Program-made: the position numbers and the translations under genes
The notes under the pieces: generated by a model
Told to the model about the DNA's origin: nothing
The model's input: the letters and a program-made list of their open reading frames with translations, nothing else
Databases searched by the model: none
Part shown: positions 1 through 10,865 of the stretch, piece by piece
Numbering within the stretch: the first letter of the stretch is position 1
Layout of the letters: each line of letters starts with the position of its first letter
DNA from: Euglena gracilis
Lineage: Eukaryota
Assembly: GCA_039621445.1 (NCBI GenBank)
Contig: CP154954.1
Coordinates: 24,254,954-24,318,953, forward strand
Direction of reading: 5' to 3'
Length of the DNA: 64,000 nucleotides

Positions 1-164
1 CACCCGCACGACCCGGAGGAAGGGCTGGGGGGACTGTGGGGCTCCGCCTGGCTGACCGACCAGGCCCGGAGTGCCCCGCACCTCCCGTCCCGTGTTGGAC
101 GTTTGCCGCCCCTCCTCCTGCCCCACCCTGAACTGCCCACCCCTCAGCCCCTCGACCCGCTGCG

Positions 165-660
165 ATGGCAACCGCTCTGCTTCCTGGGGTTGTGCCTGAC
201 GCCAGACGAGGTCAGCAAGGGAATTAAGGGGGGGGGTGGCCGACTGTTACCAGACCACACTCTCCCCCAATCCTTTGGCAGTTTGGACTGTTCATGCACG
301 TATCAGGGGGGGGGGGGATGTGTTTCGCATTTTTTAACACATTTTTGCGCATTTTTTTCCCCTCAAAGCTGGGCTACCGCATTCCCCCAGCCGGCATGTA
401 TTTGAGCTTTGGGGCAATTGGAGGAAAGCAATTCGGGGCAGTGTTTCCCAGGCCGCAGCAAGAGGCCCTGTGCCCCCACCACACTCGTGCACCTTCCCTG
501 TGTTGCTTCGAAATGCTTCTCCAGCGACAAACCTGTCTTGTCTGCGCCGGTTGCCAACTCCTTGCATGGCAACAGCTTTCCATGTTCTTGTGGCACAGTC
601 AACCGTTCACTGCTGAAATGGGATTGGCCATCAACCCCATCTTGCCAGGCGGTCAACTGA
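165..660 (+). CDS. Possible two-exon small hypothetical gene (165-210 + 452-660; MATALLPGVVPDARRG/RSKRPCAPTT...QAVN*)
   Basis: C-rich tract and CAG at 145-147 before ATG 165. GT at 211 and CAG at 449-451 are phase-compatible, and the frame is open to TGA at 660. No homology recognised. Confidence 0.3.
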
Positions 661-698
661 TCTTTGGGTTTGACCGTCTTGGGTGCATGCAAATAATC

Positions 699-1117
699 TT
701 ACCCCCCCCCCAAAATAAGACCCCCCCAAAATAAGACCCCCCCTGGGCTGATCGAGCAAAAATCCAAAAATAAGACCCCCCCATAAATAAGACCCCTTGA
801 CGGTGCGAAGCGCCGGGGACGGTGAAAATTTTCCCTGAAAAATTACCAAAAACCCCAATTTCATTCACAAAAATGATGAAATTTCAAAAATTCTCAGATT
901 TTTGAAGTGCAAAAAACATGGTAAATGTCAAATTACACCAATTTACACATGGCGCGAAGCGCCGAAGGAAAATTTTTAGCACTCTTGGGAACCTCTTTGG
1001 GCCCGGGTCGGTCAAGAAAAAGTCCAAAAATAAGACCCCCCCCCCCCCAAAATAAGACCCCCCCCCCACCTGAAGGCTTCCAGCAACCGACCCAAAAATA
1101 AGACCCGGGTCACGGTA
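699..1117. mobile_element. AATAAGACCCCC-type MITE; related copies at ~10339-10690, ~13654-14058, ~18690-18860 (fragment) and ~20690-21050
   Basis: Shared internal sequence (e.g. catggtaaatgtcaa...ccaatttacacatggcgcgaagcgccgaagg) and repeated AATAAGACCC motifs across the copies. The copy at 699 ends ...cacggta. Confidence 0.75.
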
Positions 1118-1535
1118 CAGCTTTCATAACAGGTGTATGAAAGCTGTTCAAATACACAATTCCTGTGATCAGAGGAAAGTCCTACCAGAATGGAAGGCCT
1201 GATCAAATCAAGTATCATTAGTGTCATGCAATTTGACACTGTGGAAAATAGGAGAGTAATTTGTGGGATATTTGTTTGACAATAGTTTATATGTCATATA
1301 CATATTTTTCCGGGCATGCTTTTCGAAACAAGGCCTCTTTGATTGCTTTGTTTATGTCTTATTCAAACCATTTTCTTTCGAGTTTCTTTTCTTGTCGAAG
1401 GGTATTGTCGCTCTTACTGTGCGCGATTTCGTGCGAACTCGGCACAACTGCACTCAGCTAGTGGATGCACTTTTTTTTGCTACTGGTGGCTGCTGATTTT
1501 GTCAGTCTTTGTGTGCAGATGGTGCTACCCCCCAC

Positions 1536-1990
1536 CAGGGGGGGGGGAAATGCAACTTGCATAATTTGCATTTTTTTGCATAATCGGCTTTTCCCGAAAT
1601 TTGCATTTTTTTGCATTTTTTTGCATTTTGTTGCATAAAATATTTTCCCCGCAAAAATTTTTTGTGGTTGGTTGCCATATGTTTGATTTTTTTTGCATAT
1701 TTTTGCATTTTCTACATAAAATATTTTGCCCTGGAAAAAATTTTTGTTGTTGGTTGCCATATTTATGGATTTTTTTGCATTTTTTTTTTGCATTTTTTTG
1801 CATAAAATATTTTGCCCTGGAAAATTTTTTTGATCTTAGGCAGCAAAGCTCTGTTATATTCCAGCTTTTTCTCAGGTTTTTCATGCAATTTGCATTTTTT
1901 TTGCATTTTTTTGCATTTTTTTGCATTTTTTTTTGCATTTTTTTGACTTGCATAATTTGAAGGGCCCAGTTGCATTTCCCCCCCCCCCTG
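1536..1990. mobile_element. hAT-like MITE with CAG...CTG termini
   Basis: TIRs CAG(G)nAAATGCAACT and AGTTGCATTT(C)nCTG. Flanking direct repeat CCCCCAC (7 bp, or 8 bp allowing a homopolymer indel). Internal TTGCAT repeats. Confidence 0.8.
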
Positions 1991-1997
1991 CCCCCAC

Positions 1998-2076
1998 ACC
2001 CCAATTAGAAGCCCCCCGGGGACTCTATTCGGTCAGTCTGCAGAAAACCCAAAAGGAGGGGGGCTTCTAATTGGGT
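1998..2076. mobile_element. Very small TIR element (CCCAATTAGAAGCCCCCC / GGGGGGCTTCTAATTGGG)
   Basis: About 18-bp perfect inverted repeat. The same end motif recurs alone at ~5716-5745. Confidence 0.6.
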
Positions 2077-2137
2077 ACTCTTTGTCTAAAGGAAAAACCG
2101 TCGGCTGGCGGCCGATCCGGGGATCGAACGGGGTCCA

Positions 2138-5100
2138 CTTAGACGGCCGGGAATGCACTTTTCATTTTTGGTGGTTTTTTTGCGCACCTGCGCATTCTTT
2201 TGTGACCAAGTGTGCCGCCATCACTTGACGGGGCGGCGGACCCGTCAGCTGAAACGCCTGGTACCAAAATGGGTACCACTGCTTTCGACCCCCGGGTTTT
2301 TTTCTGGGCAAACCGACTTTTTTCGTTTTGAAAATGACGGTTTAGCACCTCCGCGGACCGAGGGAAAACCCCCGTCTGCCGAAGTAGGTGCGACACAAAA
2401 CGCTGTTTTACGAGGACGAACCCTCGTCAGGTGAAGGCGTTGTACCTGTCGCTGTCCCCCCCGTTTTGTGGTTCCGAGTGAATGCGCAGGTGCGCATTCA
2501 CCCCCCTCCCCGTCCCGGCCTTTTCCTGAAGTTTTGGACGGTTATTGTGGGGTGTGGGAAGGGGGTACCGTGGTCTCTGCGGTTTGAGTGGAGAGGAGGT
2601 TCTGTGCCCTGTGCTGGAAGCAGGGCACGAGGGGGCTCTGGCGACTGTTTGGTGTGTGCGTGTAGTCTGCATTCAGAGAGTGGTGGGGTGTGTGTGTTAA
2701 AATCAAGACCAGATGTCTGTAGGGGAGGGCTCGTTACCCTCCTCAGGCTGCCTGCTGTTTGCCATCCCTGCACTGCACCCCTCCTTGACACTTGCAGGCA
2801 CAGCATCCCTCCAGTGGCGCACGCAGTCTGCTCCGCATGTGCCTTCTCATGGGCACCACGGCACATCACCATGTGCGACCACCTGTGTTCAGGTCTGACG
2901 TTTGTGATGGGGTGCTGGGTATGGAATGGGGGGGGGGGGCTGGCTTGCACTCTTCTGTGTGTCACTGGTTTTAAAAGCTACGGAGCGGAGCCCCACTTCA
3001 ACCCTTTTTGCCACAGACAACACCCTCCAGAACAGCCCTCACAAACGATGTAAAATGGCTCCTCTCCGAGGTTGCATGAGGCTCAAGAATGCGCACGTGC
3101 GCACTCTTGAGGCCATTCCTTCGCTGGCTGGCTATGATTCTATCTGCAGGAGAGCAGGAGGGGAGCAGCGCTGGGCATCCACAAGAGTGCGCACCTGCGC
3201 ATTTCATGAGGGGGAGTGCGCAGGTGCGCATTCTCTGTGTTGTGGGGAGCTGTGTCTCGCACTCCTGAACCCAGTGCCAGCACAGCATTGTGGCAGGGTC
3301 ACCCCCATGGTGCACTGCTGGCCTTTTTGTGAGCGATTTCAGAGGCATCTCATTGCACAGGTGGATGCTGCCAGAGTAGGGTGAACGTCTCCTGGGCTGT
3401 GCCTCTACCTTGTGTGCTGAGTTGTTTGGCATGGCCTTGTACAGCAACCTCCTACCAGGGTGCTTTAAGGGGAGACACAAGAAGAGAATGCGATGTGCGC
3501 ATTCACCCCGATGTGCCATGTTTGACTGCAGCCATTGCGGATGCGGTGTGTGGAGAAAGTGTGTGCATATGTGCTTTCCCTGGTCTTCACAGCCGCCAGG
3601 GGTTGTGCAGTTTGCAGTGCTGGAGCGTCGACTCTGAGTACATGATAAAAAAGGGTTCTATGTGGTGGGTGACGTTTGTTGCCAACAAGGCCACAGGTGG
3701 TGGTCCTCCTCTGCCGTGTTTCGCTCCAGGGCTGCCTCGTTCTTGGACGCCATTGGATCCTCACAGGGAGGTCTGCACTTCAACCGTGTGGTTTCAAACC
3801 TATGCCATGCGGGGGGAGTTGGCGTGGGTGGTGGCATACCCACCTGGGAGCGCAAATATTCGACGGTGTGGCTGTCATTCAAAGAAAGGCACAGGACGAT
3901 TTTTTGCGCATGTGCGCATTCACCGTCTTTTCACTCATGCCATGAAAGACTGCTGACCACATTTGGGAATTAGGGTGCCCGTCACTGAATAATTTCCTCG
4001 GGCACTGAAGTCCCTTTCTCATCCGTTTTCCCTTGGTACGACACAGTGGAATACACAGAAAAAGCAGAACGGAAACAATTCCTGGGTTTATCGGCAAGTT
4101 TTTGTTGTGATGTGCTTGTGCCTGTCTCACGATCTCAAGGGCCTGGAGAAAATTTGGGGCAAGGACTGACCAGTGGTGTTCGCTTCTTTGAGTCGGTTTG
4201 GATTGTGAATTAATTCTGTGTTTACAGACCGTTTTTGGGAATGATGCCGAAGGTGGTGACAGGTGTGTTTCGCTCTCGAGGTGCCAACCCCGTGAGCACT
4301 GTGTGTGGAACCAGACACAACCCCCTGCGTTGACCCTAACTGTGGGGCACAGTGCTCCTGGCACCGTGCACTGCAGCCCAACATAAGGTTGTTCAGGGTG
4401 ACCATTGGCTGTGTGCTGCCATGCACGCTCTGGGGCGTGGGGTCGGACAACGCTGGCAGCAGCCTCCTATCACCTCCCCCAGGTGGTGGACGGTTGCATG
4501 TGCGTTGTGACTTGCTCCACACGTTCATCAGAGCAGTGTGACTCGGCTGGGCACTGGATGCAGCGGGTGAAGTGGAATGCGCAGGTGCGCATTCTGATTT
4601 GTTCGGTGACTTGCGCTGCAGGGGGTTAGTTCCCCTGTCACTGAAGGACATCAATTCGTGCTTTGACACCTGCCGTCGCCGAGCCCAGGGTTTTCGATGC
4701 TGCAGCAGGTGTTGTGTTTCAGGGTGTGGTCTGGTACAGCGACATGGTTGCCCAGGGTGATTCTGTTGGTTCATCTCCCCCTCACACACCCATGTTCCGC
4801 AAGCCCGAAACAACATCATAACGGTGCACAGCTCGCATTCAAGGCAGGCAAACAACAGGCCATACCCAGTGTGTCTTTCAACATCAATGCGCGTGTGCGC
4901 ATTCCCCCTTCCCATAGCCTGTGTCCATACCAAAGCAGCTGCGCATTCTTTTGGGTTCCCAAAAAATGCGCAGGTGCGCATTCTTCGGCCCTGATACTCA
5001 GTGACACCCCCATTGTTTTGACCTTGGGGGGGGCTGTGTCTCTGTGGCTGCAAGGTGTTCCCTCCCATGCTCATCCCAGGTTCACCAGGCCCTGCCCCCA

Positions 5101-5474
5101 GAAGCCATCAGCACCCATCGGTGAACACAAGGTGTCACACCCAGGCCCAGGCTTCCCTGCGTCGTCCGTGTTCCGCATGCTGTGTGGAGTGTGCCCACTG
5201 TGTGTCCAGCCACGCACTGTACCACAGTCGTCGTGAAACAGCTGTAAACAGCATGATACGTGGTCGAAGCAGAATACTGGGGGGTGGTTCCTGGGGTCGC
5301 GTTAAATCCAAACAGCTCATTTTTGTGGTGTTTACCCCCTGTCTGGAAGAGGCATCAAACCATGCAAAATGCGCACCTGCGCACTCCGCGTCCAAAATGC
5401 GCGGATGCGCATTTTCACTAAAACTGCCTAAATTTTGTGACTCAACAAGAAAAGTGCACTCCCGGCCATCTAAG
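2138..5474. mobile_element. 3.3 kb DNA-transposon-like element with 26-bp TIRs and 5-bp TSD; no intact transposase seen; superfamily unassigned
   Basis: CTTAGACGGCCGGGAATGCACTTTTC (2138-2163) matches the reverse complement of 5449-5474 at 24/26. GTCCA flanks both sides (2133-2137 and 5475-5479). Confidence 0.85.
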
Positions 5475-5880
5475 GTCCAAATTTAAAAGTTCGCAAGACG
5501 CATTTTTTCGAATTCTGGGTGGATAGGCCATGTTTCATGGAGACCAGATATCAATTTTTGTTCCCCTGTCGACCTGCTTTCGTAGAGTTTTTTCGAGTTT
5601 TTTACTATCGTTCGTAAAATTCTTGGTCAACTTTGTCGGCCGGCTTGGTCGGGGAGGAGCTGTTATTTGGATTTTTGAACCTGAGGGGGGTTCCATTTGG
5701 GGGAGTTGTCATTTGGGGGGGGGCTTCTAATTGGGGGGGGTTACGTTGTGGACATCGCGCCGTTGCCTTTCTGAATCGCCCTGGGAGGGCCACCCGCCAA
5801 CCGATTCCCCAGGTGCTTCCCCTCCACCCCCTGCCAAGCAAGGGTCCTGCTCACAGATTCACTTGACCTCTGTTTGCCTC

Positions 5881-6133
5881 CAGGGGTTTTTTTTAGTCGT
5901 GGACCCCCGGGGGGGTGGGTGGGTCCGGCCGAGCCCCCCCCCCCCGGGGTCCCCCCGGAGGGGGGTGGGATATACTTTTCGGCGCCAAAGGCGCCGAAAA
6001 AGTGCTATTTTTAGCACTTTTCGCGATTTTCGGCCATTTTTTTGTGGGTCCCACGGGACCCCCCCCCCCCGGGGGGGCCCCCCAGGGGGTGGGTGGGTGG
6101 GGGGGACCCCCGGGTCTTAAAAAAAAACCCCTA
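5881..6133. mobile_element. hAT-like MITE with 8-bp TSD
   Basis: TIRs CAGGGGTTTTTTTTA... and ...TAAAAAAAAACCCCTA. TTTGCCTC is duplicated at 5873-5880 and 6134-6141. Confidence 0.85.
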
Positions 6134-7725
6134 TTTGCCTCCCCCAGGGGGGGGGTGCTCTTGAGAGTGGGTGGGGTCATCGGGACCCCACACGGGTTGG
6201 CATGGAACCCACATGGGTCAATTCAGCTCGGCCTGGCTTGAATTTTTTCAAGGGTTTTTTTTTTGAAAAATTTTGGGGTTTTTTTGGTGTGGGGTCGTGA
6301 GTGAGTGGGTTGGGCTGGGGAAAAGTACCTCAAGGGGCCATTCAGTGAATCTACAGTCCTGCTGCCTTTCCATCTGCTGCCCTTGGCCAGGAACGGGGCG
6401 TGCATTGGGTTTTCATTCAGGACATGGGAATCCTCCAGGGAACACAGGGCAATCCTACAGGAGTTAGGTAACCTGTTTCATGGTCCCTCGTGATATTTTA
6501 TGGGGATAATTGTATCTCTTTTGGGCAGGGTTCACTGCATTATCAATAGCAACAAAGGCAACATATTCGTCGTTCTTCCGAACCTCAAAACAAAATGGTG
6601 GAAAATGATCTCCATTTCCGTTGCCATCTGCCCCCCCCCATGCCGCCCTGAATTTGTCACTGTGCAGTCAGTGATGCCTTGACCCTCCCTCCCGCCCTGT
6701 GCGTGACTCCTCCCTCTGACCTGTGGCTACCGATTGTTGGGCGGGCGCCTCCGTTGTGTTGCGCTGTAGACTGTCTCATTCTGATGGAGTCTGAGTGCCA
6801 ACCACTCACCACTTGGTGCCAAGGTGGTGGATTGGCGAAGAAAGGAGGCGCCAGTTCATAAACGCCATTAAGCAGGTCTTCCAAAGGCAATGCCTGGCGG
6901 GGGGGGGGGGGGCAATGAATGAATGCAATCGCACGTTGCAACGGCTGCCTCACTGTGTAGGACAAATCATCATCTGTGGCCCCCTCCATCAGCCCAGTGC
7001 TGTGTTTCTGGAGAGCTGAGTAGAAGGCCAGCCAGCTGGCAAAATAAACTTGCTTTTGCAGAAGTATCCGTGTTCGTAGACGGAATTCTGTGGAAATCTG
7101 AAGCAGTTACAAGCGGTTATTGCTGACTTGCAATCCAAAGATGTGTACGTGTCCGTCGAGGGGCCAGTGTTCTTCATGTGGTCGAACATTGTTTGCTGTG
7201 GTTTTCTCTCATTGTCAATGGAGACCCAAATTTTTGATTTTTGGGTACCCCCAAAGATTTTGGGCCGATTTTGGGACCCCCCCCCCCCAAATTGGGACCC
7301 CCCCCAAATTGGGACCCCCCCCCCAAATACAAAAACAAAACCCAACCTTGTTTGAAGAATTCCTTATTTCAACTCAGTTTTCTTCTGAGACAAAAAAGTG
7401 TGAATTGTCATTTTTGCATTTTTTTTGTCAAATTGCATTTTTTTTGCTAGTACAAGGGCAACCCCCCCCCCCGTCCGTGAGCTTGGCCCAGGGCATCGTT
7501 GAAGGTAAGGCCAGGGTGCCAACCTTAGGGGGGCCAAGTCTGCATGTTAAGAATTTTGGCGGCCATGTGCAAAAGGCGAAAGGCTAACTTTAGGGGGGCC
7601 GAGGTTGTATGAAAGGAGGAGGGGGGGCCAAGCGCCTTGGGGGGCCACCGGGCCTTCCCATACAGCCCCCCAGGGCGATTGCATACCGTTTCATTGTCCC
7701 CCGACCCTCCCCCCAGAGGCGCCCG

Positions 7726-7892
7726 ATGGGCTGTGCCACCTCGTGCCCCAACGCCCCCGGCCCTGCGGAGGCCCCCCCGGCCCCCCCGGTCGCTGGCCCC
7801 CCGGCCGGGCCCAACCCCACCACGCGGCCCCGCCTCCCGACCCGGCGCGGCACCGAGGGAGGCGCCCAGAGACCGGAAGAGAGCAGAGGCCG
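7726..7892 (+). CDS. Gene A exon 1 (MGCATSCPNAPGP...), hypothetical protein with an N-terminal acylation-like motif
   Basis: Pyrimidine tract and CAG at 7714-7716, then ATG 7726. GC-rich codons. GT donor at 7893 is phase-compatible with the next exon. Confidence 0.6.
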
Positions 7893-7995
7893 GTGGGGGT
7901 GACTGTGCGGGAGAAAGCCGGGCGACCCCGCGGGGGACCGGCGCGGTTGGCGCCGGGCTGTGAATTGTTGCTGGCCTGCCTCCCCCGGCGTGCAG

Positions 7996-8137
7996 TCCGC
8001 CGACCTTGGCCTCGGTCCCTGGCCACAGCTCCGGCGACCCCGTCCTTTGCTGGCGCGCCTCCGCCCTGCGTGGGCGATCAACGAAGCGCCGCCCCGCCTC
8101 GTTCGACGAGCTGGCGCAGGTGGAGGTGCCCTCTCCC
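7996..8137 (+). CDS. Gene A exon 2 (PPTLASVPGHSSGDPVLCWRASALRGRSTKRRPASFDELAQVEVPSP)
   Basis: CAG acceptor at 7993-7995 and a strongly GC3-biased frame. The 3' end depends on which intron model is correct. Confidence 0.65.
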
Positions 8138-9484
8138 GGCCAGGCATTTGGGCCGCGTGTGGGCAAGACCCTCTTTGCCCCCCAGGGATCATTTTCAAGG
8201 CGATTTTTCCTTCTTCAAAATGTTAAGGCTAAGGCATTTTTAAGGCTTTTTTAAGGCGCTGTTTTCCAGAACGGTCAAGGGGCTGTCTGGGCATCGAACC
8301 AACGTTTTCGAGCAAAACAAAAAGTCAAAAAAAAACACATTTTTTTGAGTTTGGTAGGATAAACAATGTCTCAGCGACGCCAAAGATCGTTTTTCCCCCA
8401 GAGTTCTCCTGTTTTTGCCCAGGTTTTGCTTTTTTCTTTTTTTCTCGGTCGGAGAAATTTGTTCCTGCCAAAAATTTAAGGAATGTTAAGACATTTTGGT
8501 CAAAAAGAATTAAGGCCCATCTTAAGGCATTTGAATGCGTTTTTTAGGCGTCTGAAAAATGCCGTCCCACCCCAATTTAATTTGGATTCCCTCCCCCAAT
8601 GCTTTGCGTATATTTTAGGGGAAGGCTGTTTCCTTTCATTGAAGGTCGGCCGCTGTGGTGAGTTTGGTTGCCAAGAGCTTTGGCAAACAAGCTCGCGCTC
8701 AGTGTCATGGTAAATGCGAGGTTCTTGGTTGGACAAGTTTCATTCACAAGCACATTTCACAAGCAAAATGCTGCATTTCATTACTCGATTTAAAGACCAG
8801 GGAGGTGAAGTGTTCTTAAATTCTTTTCAAAAAAATGCAACCTTTCGCATTCCATCTGCACAATCACATTCCAAAAATAATACTTTTGGCGTTTTAATAT
8901 TTTCTGAGATTTCTGGTGTAAAACGTAATTTTTTTGTGTTTGACAGGCCACCTGCTTGTGCTTGCGACCAAGAGAGTTCTTTTTCCAATGTCTTAATTTA
9001 TATTTTTTAACGCATTTTCATCCTTGCGCGGCTTTGCAAATGCCCCATTAAACAAAGTTTCAAAAGTCAGTAGTGCATAATTTTTGGGATTAGGGCCCTT
9101 TCCCAAAGTTTTATCTACCTGTGTTTTTTGTTTGTGTATCACACAAAATTGTTCAAGAATGCTTTTTCAAAATAATTTTTCAAATGGAAATGAAGTTCAA
9201 AAGGAACTTCAACAGTTTGTTTGTTTTATGGAAGAGCCACATGCACGGCGCTGACACAGATGCAGAAATGAGTGCGGGATCACAAGGATGACTCATCCCG
9301 ATGCGGCGTTTCATTTCGAGTTTTTCCCCGGTGCGTTTTTGTGCTGTGTTGAAACTGAAACAGCTTTCGCGCTGCAGCAGAAATTCTTTTTCGAATTATT
9401 GGCTTTTTGGGACTTTCCGTTTCCAACAAACCTTTAGTGGTTGTGCTTTTGAGTGTGCGTGCGTGCGGCACGGCTGCCTGCCCC
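8138..9484 (+). other. Candidate non-conventional (non GT-AG) euglenid-type intron
   Basis: Starts GGCCAGGCA (CAG at +4) and ends TGCCTGCCCC|A. 8141-8165 can pair with 9456-9480 at 22/25 positions including G-U. Removal keeps the frame. Confidence 0.6.
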
Positions 9485-9652
9485 ATCAACCTCCGCCTGG
9501 TGTGCCAGGAGGAGGAGAGGATCCATTCCCCGGCGACCCAGGGTCCCCCTCCTCCAAAGGAGCAGCGGAAAGCCGTCTCTTTTGTCCTCCCTGCGGAGCC
9601 CGGGCTCCACCGCACCAAGAGGTGCCGCGACCTCCCGTTCGCCTTTGCCAAG
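9485..9652 (+). CDS. Gene A exon 3 (INLRLVCQEEERIHSP...RKAVSFVLPAEPGLHRTKRCRDLPFAFAK)
   Basis: GC3-biased frame continuous with exon 2; GT at 9653. Contains KAVSF, an RVxF-like motif. Confidence 0.6.
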
Positions 9653-10202
9653 GTTGCTGCCGTGGGCTTTGCTGCCATAAACCCTGGGAATTATCTCTCT
9701 GATTGAGTTTCTAAGTGTCTAAGTTTTTGGGCCCCCTTTGCTGGTTTTCTTTTGGCACGCCTTGGGAGGTTATTGAAGTATTGAAGTATGGTGATTTGAT
9801 TGTGGACAGAATGGCCAAACTTCACTCCATCCGACGTTGCGCTGTTCTTTCCCCCTCTTTGTTCAAATTAATTATGCAGCATCTTTGATCATATGCACCC
9901 ATCGTATGCCGAAGCCTGAAAGAACGTACCATTAGAAATTGTGAGAAGTGTCAAAACTGTCATTTGTGGTCATTGTGTATTCCTATGACCGATTGTGCTG
10001 TGCTTTCTGGACCCTGGGCACAGGGTTTCTTCCTGACCCTGTCTGAGTTGCACTTGGGACGGGTAAGCAGTGCGCCCCCCCCCCCCCGTTACACAAAGCA
10101 TTCTTGTCTGCTTATGGCCAGCGCCAACTTCACTTCTGGCCCAGTTTGTGTGGTGGTGGCAGTACCCCCCCCCCGGGACCCCCCCCCCCCCCGGTGCCCC
10201 AG

Positions 10203-10283
10203 CAGAGGCCACCCACCTCCGCTGCGGTGCATGTCCCGCAGAACTGGGCCGAACCCCGACTGCTGCCCCACGCCAGCCACATC
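10203..10283 (+). CDS. Gene A probable exon 4 (QRPPTSAAVHVPQNWAEPRLLPHASHI)
   Basis: Phase-0 CAG acceptors at 10200-10205 and GC3 bias. The 3' border abuts a repeat starting CAGGCCATAC and is uncertain. Confidence 0.4.
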
Positions 10284-10769
10284 GTCCCAGGCCATACAGT
10301 TGCTAGACCATTGCCAGTGTGCGCTACACCATGGGTCATTAACCCCCCCAAAATAAGACCCCCCCCCCCCGGGCCGATCGAGCAAAAATACAGACCCCCC
10401 AAAAATAAGATCCCCCTGACCCGAAGCACCGAAGGCGGTGAAAATTTTACTTGAAAAGTTACCAAAAAACCCCCAAGAATGATGAAATTTCGCACAAAAA
10501 ATGATGAAATTTTTGAAGTGTAAAAAACATGCTAAATGTCAGCTCTCACCAATTTACACATGGTGCGGAGCGCCAAAGGAAAAATTTTAATGCTTTTGGG
10601 AACCTAAAAATGATTTTTTTTTCCGGGCCCGGGTCGGTCATAACCCCCCCCCCCCTGGAGGTTTCCAGCAATGTTGGGCTCGTTTTTGACTTGGGCTGCC
10701 GCCTTTCCCATCGGGCACTGTGGTTTCCCCAGGGTAGGGTGCACGCGATTGACGGACCACCCTCTGGTC

Positions 10770-10865
10770 GTGCGAGTCAGCCCCCCGCCACCGGTAGCAA
10801 GTGGATGCCCCGCCTGCACTGCCCTCGACGGCTTCACGCTGCCGCGAGTGCAGTGTTTCCTCTGA
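10770..10865 (+). CDS. Gene A possible terminal exon (VRVSPPPPVASGCPACTALDGFTLPRVQCFL*)
   Basis: GC-rich open frame to TGA at 10863-10865. The 5' border and the frame are both ambiguous. Confidence 0.25.
   Translation: MRVSPPPPVASGCPACTALDGFTLPRVQCFL

Noticed and set aside
1458-2004. Lys/Phe/Cys-rich ORFs
   Set aside because: These are translations of TTGCAT/poly-T repeats within a MITE.
2388-2430. AG/GT-bounded mini-exon VRHKTLFYEDEPSS
   Set aside because: It lies within the 2138-5474 TIR element, and its first half is part of a repeat also found inverted at ~12122.
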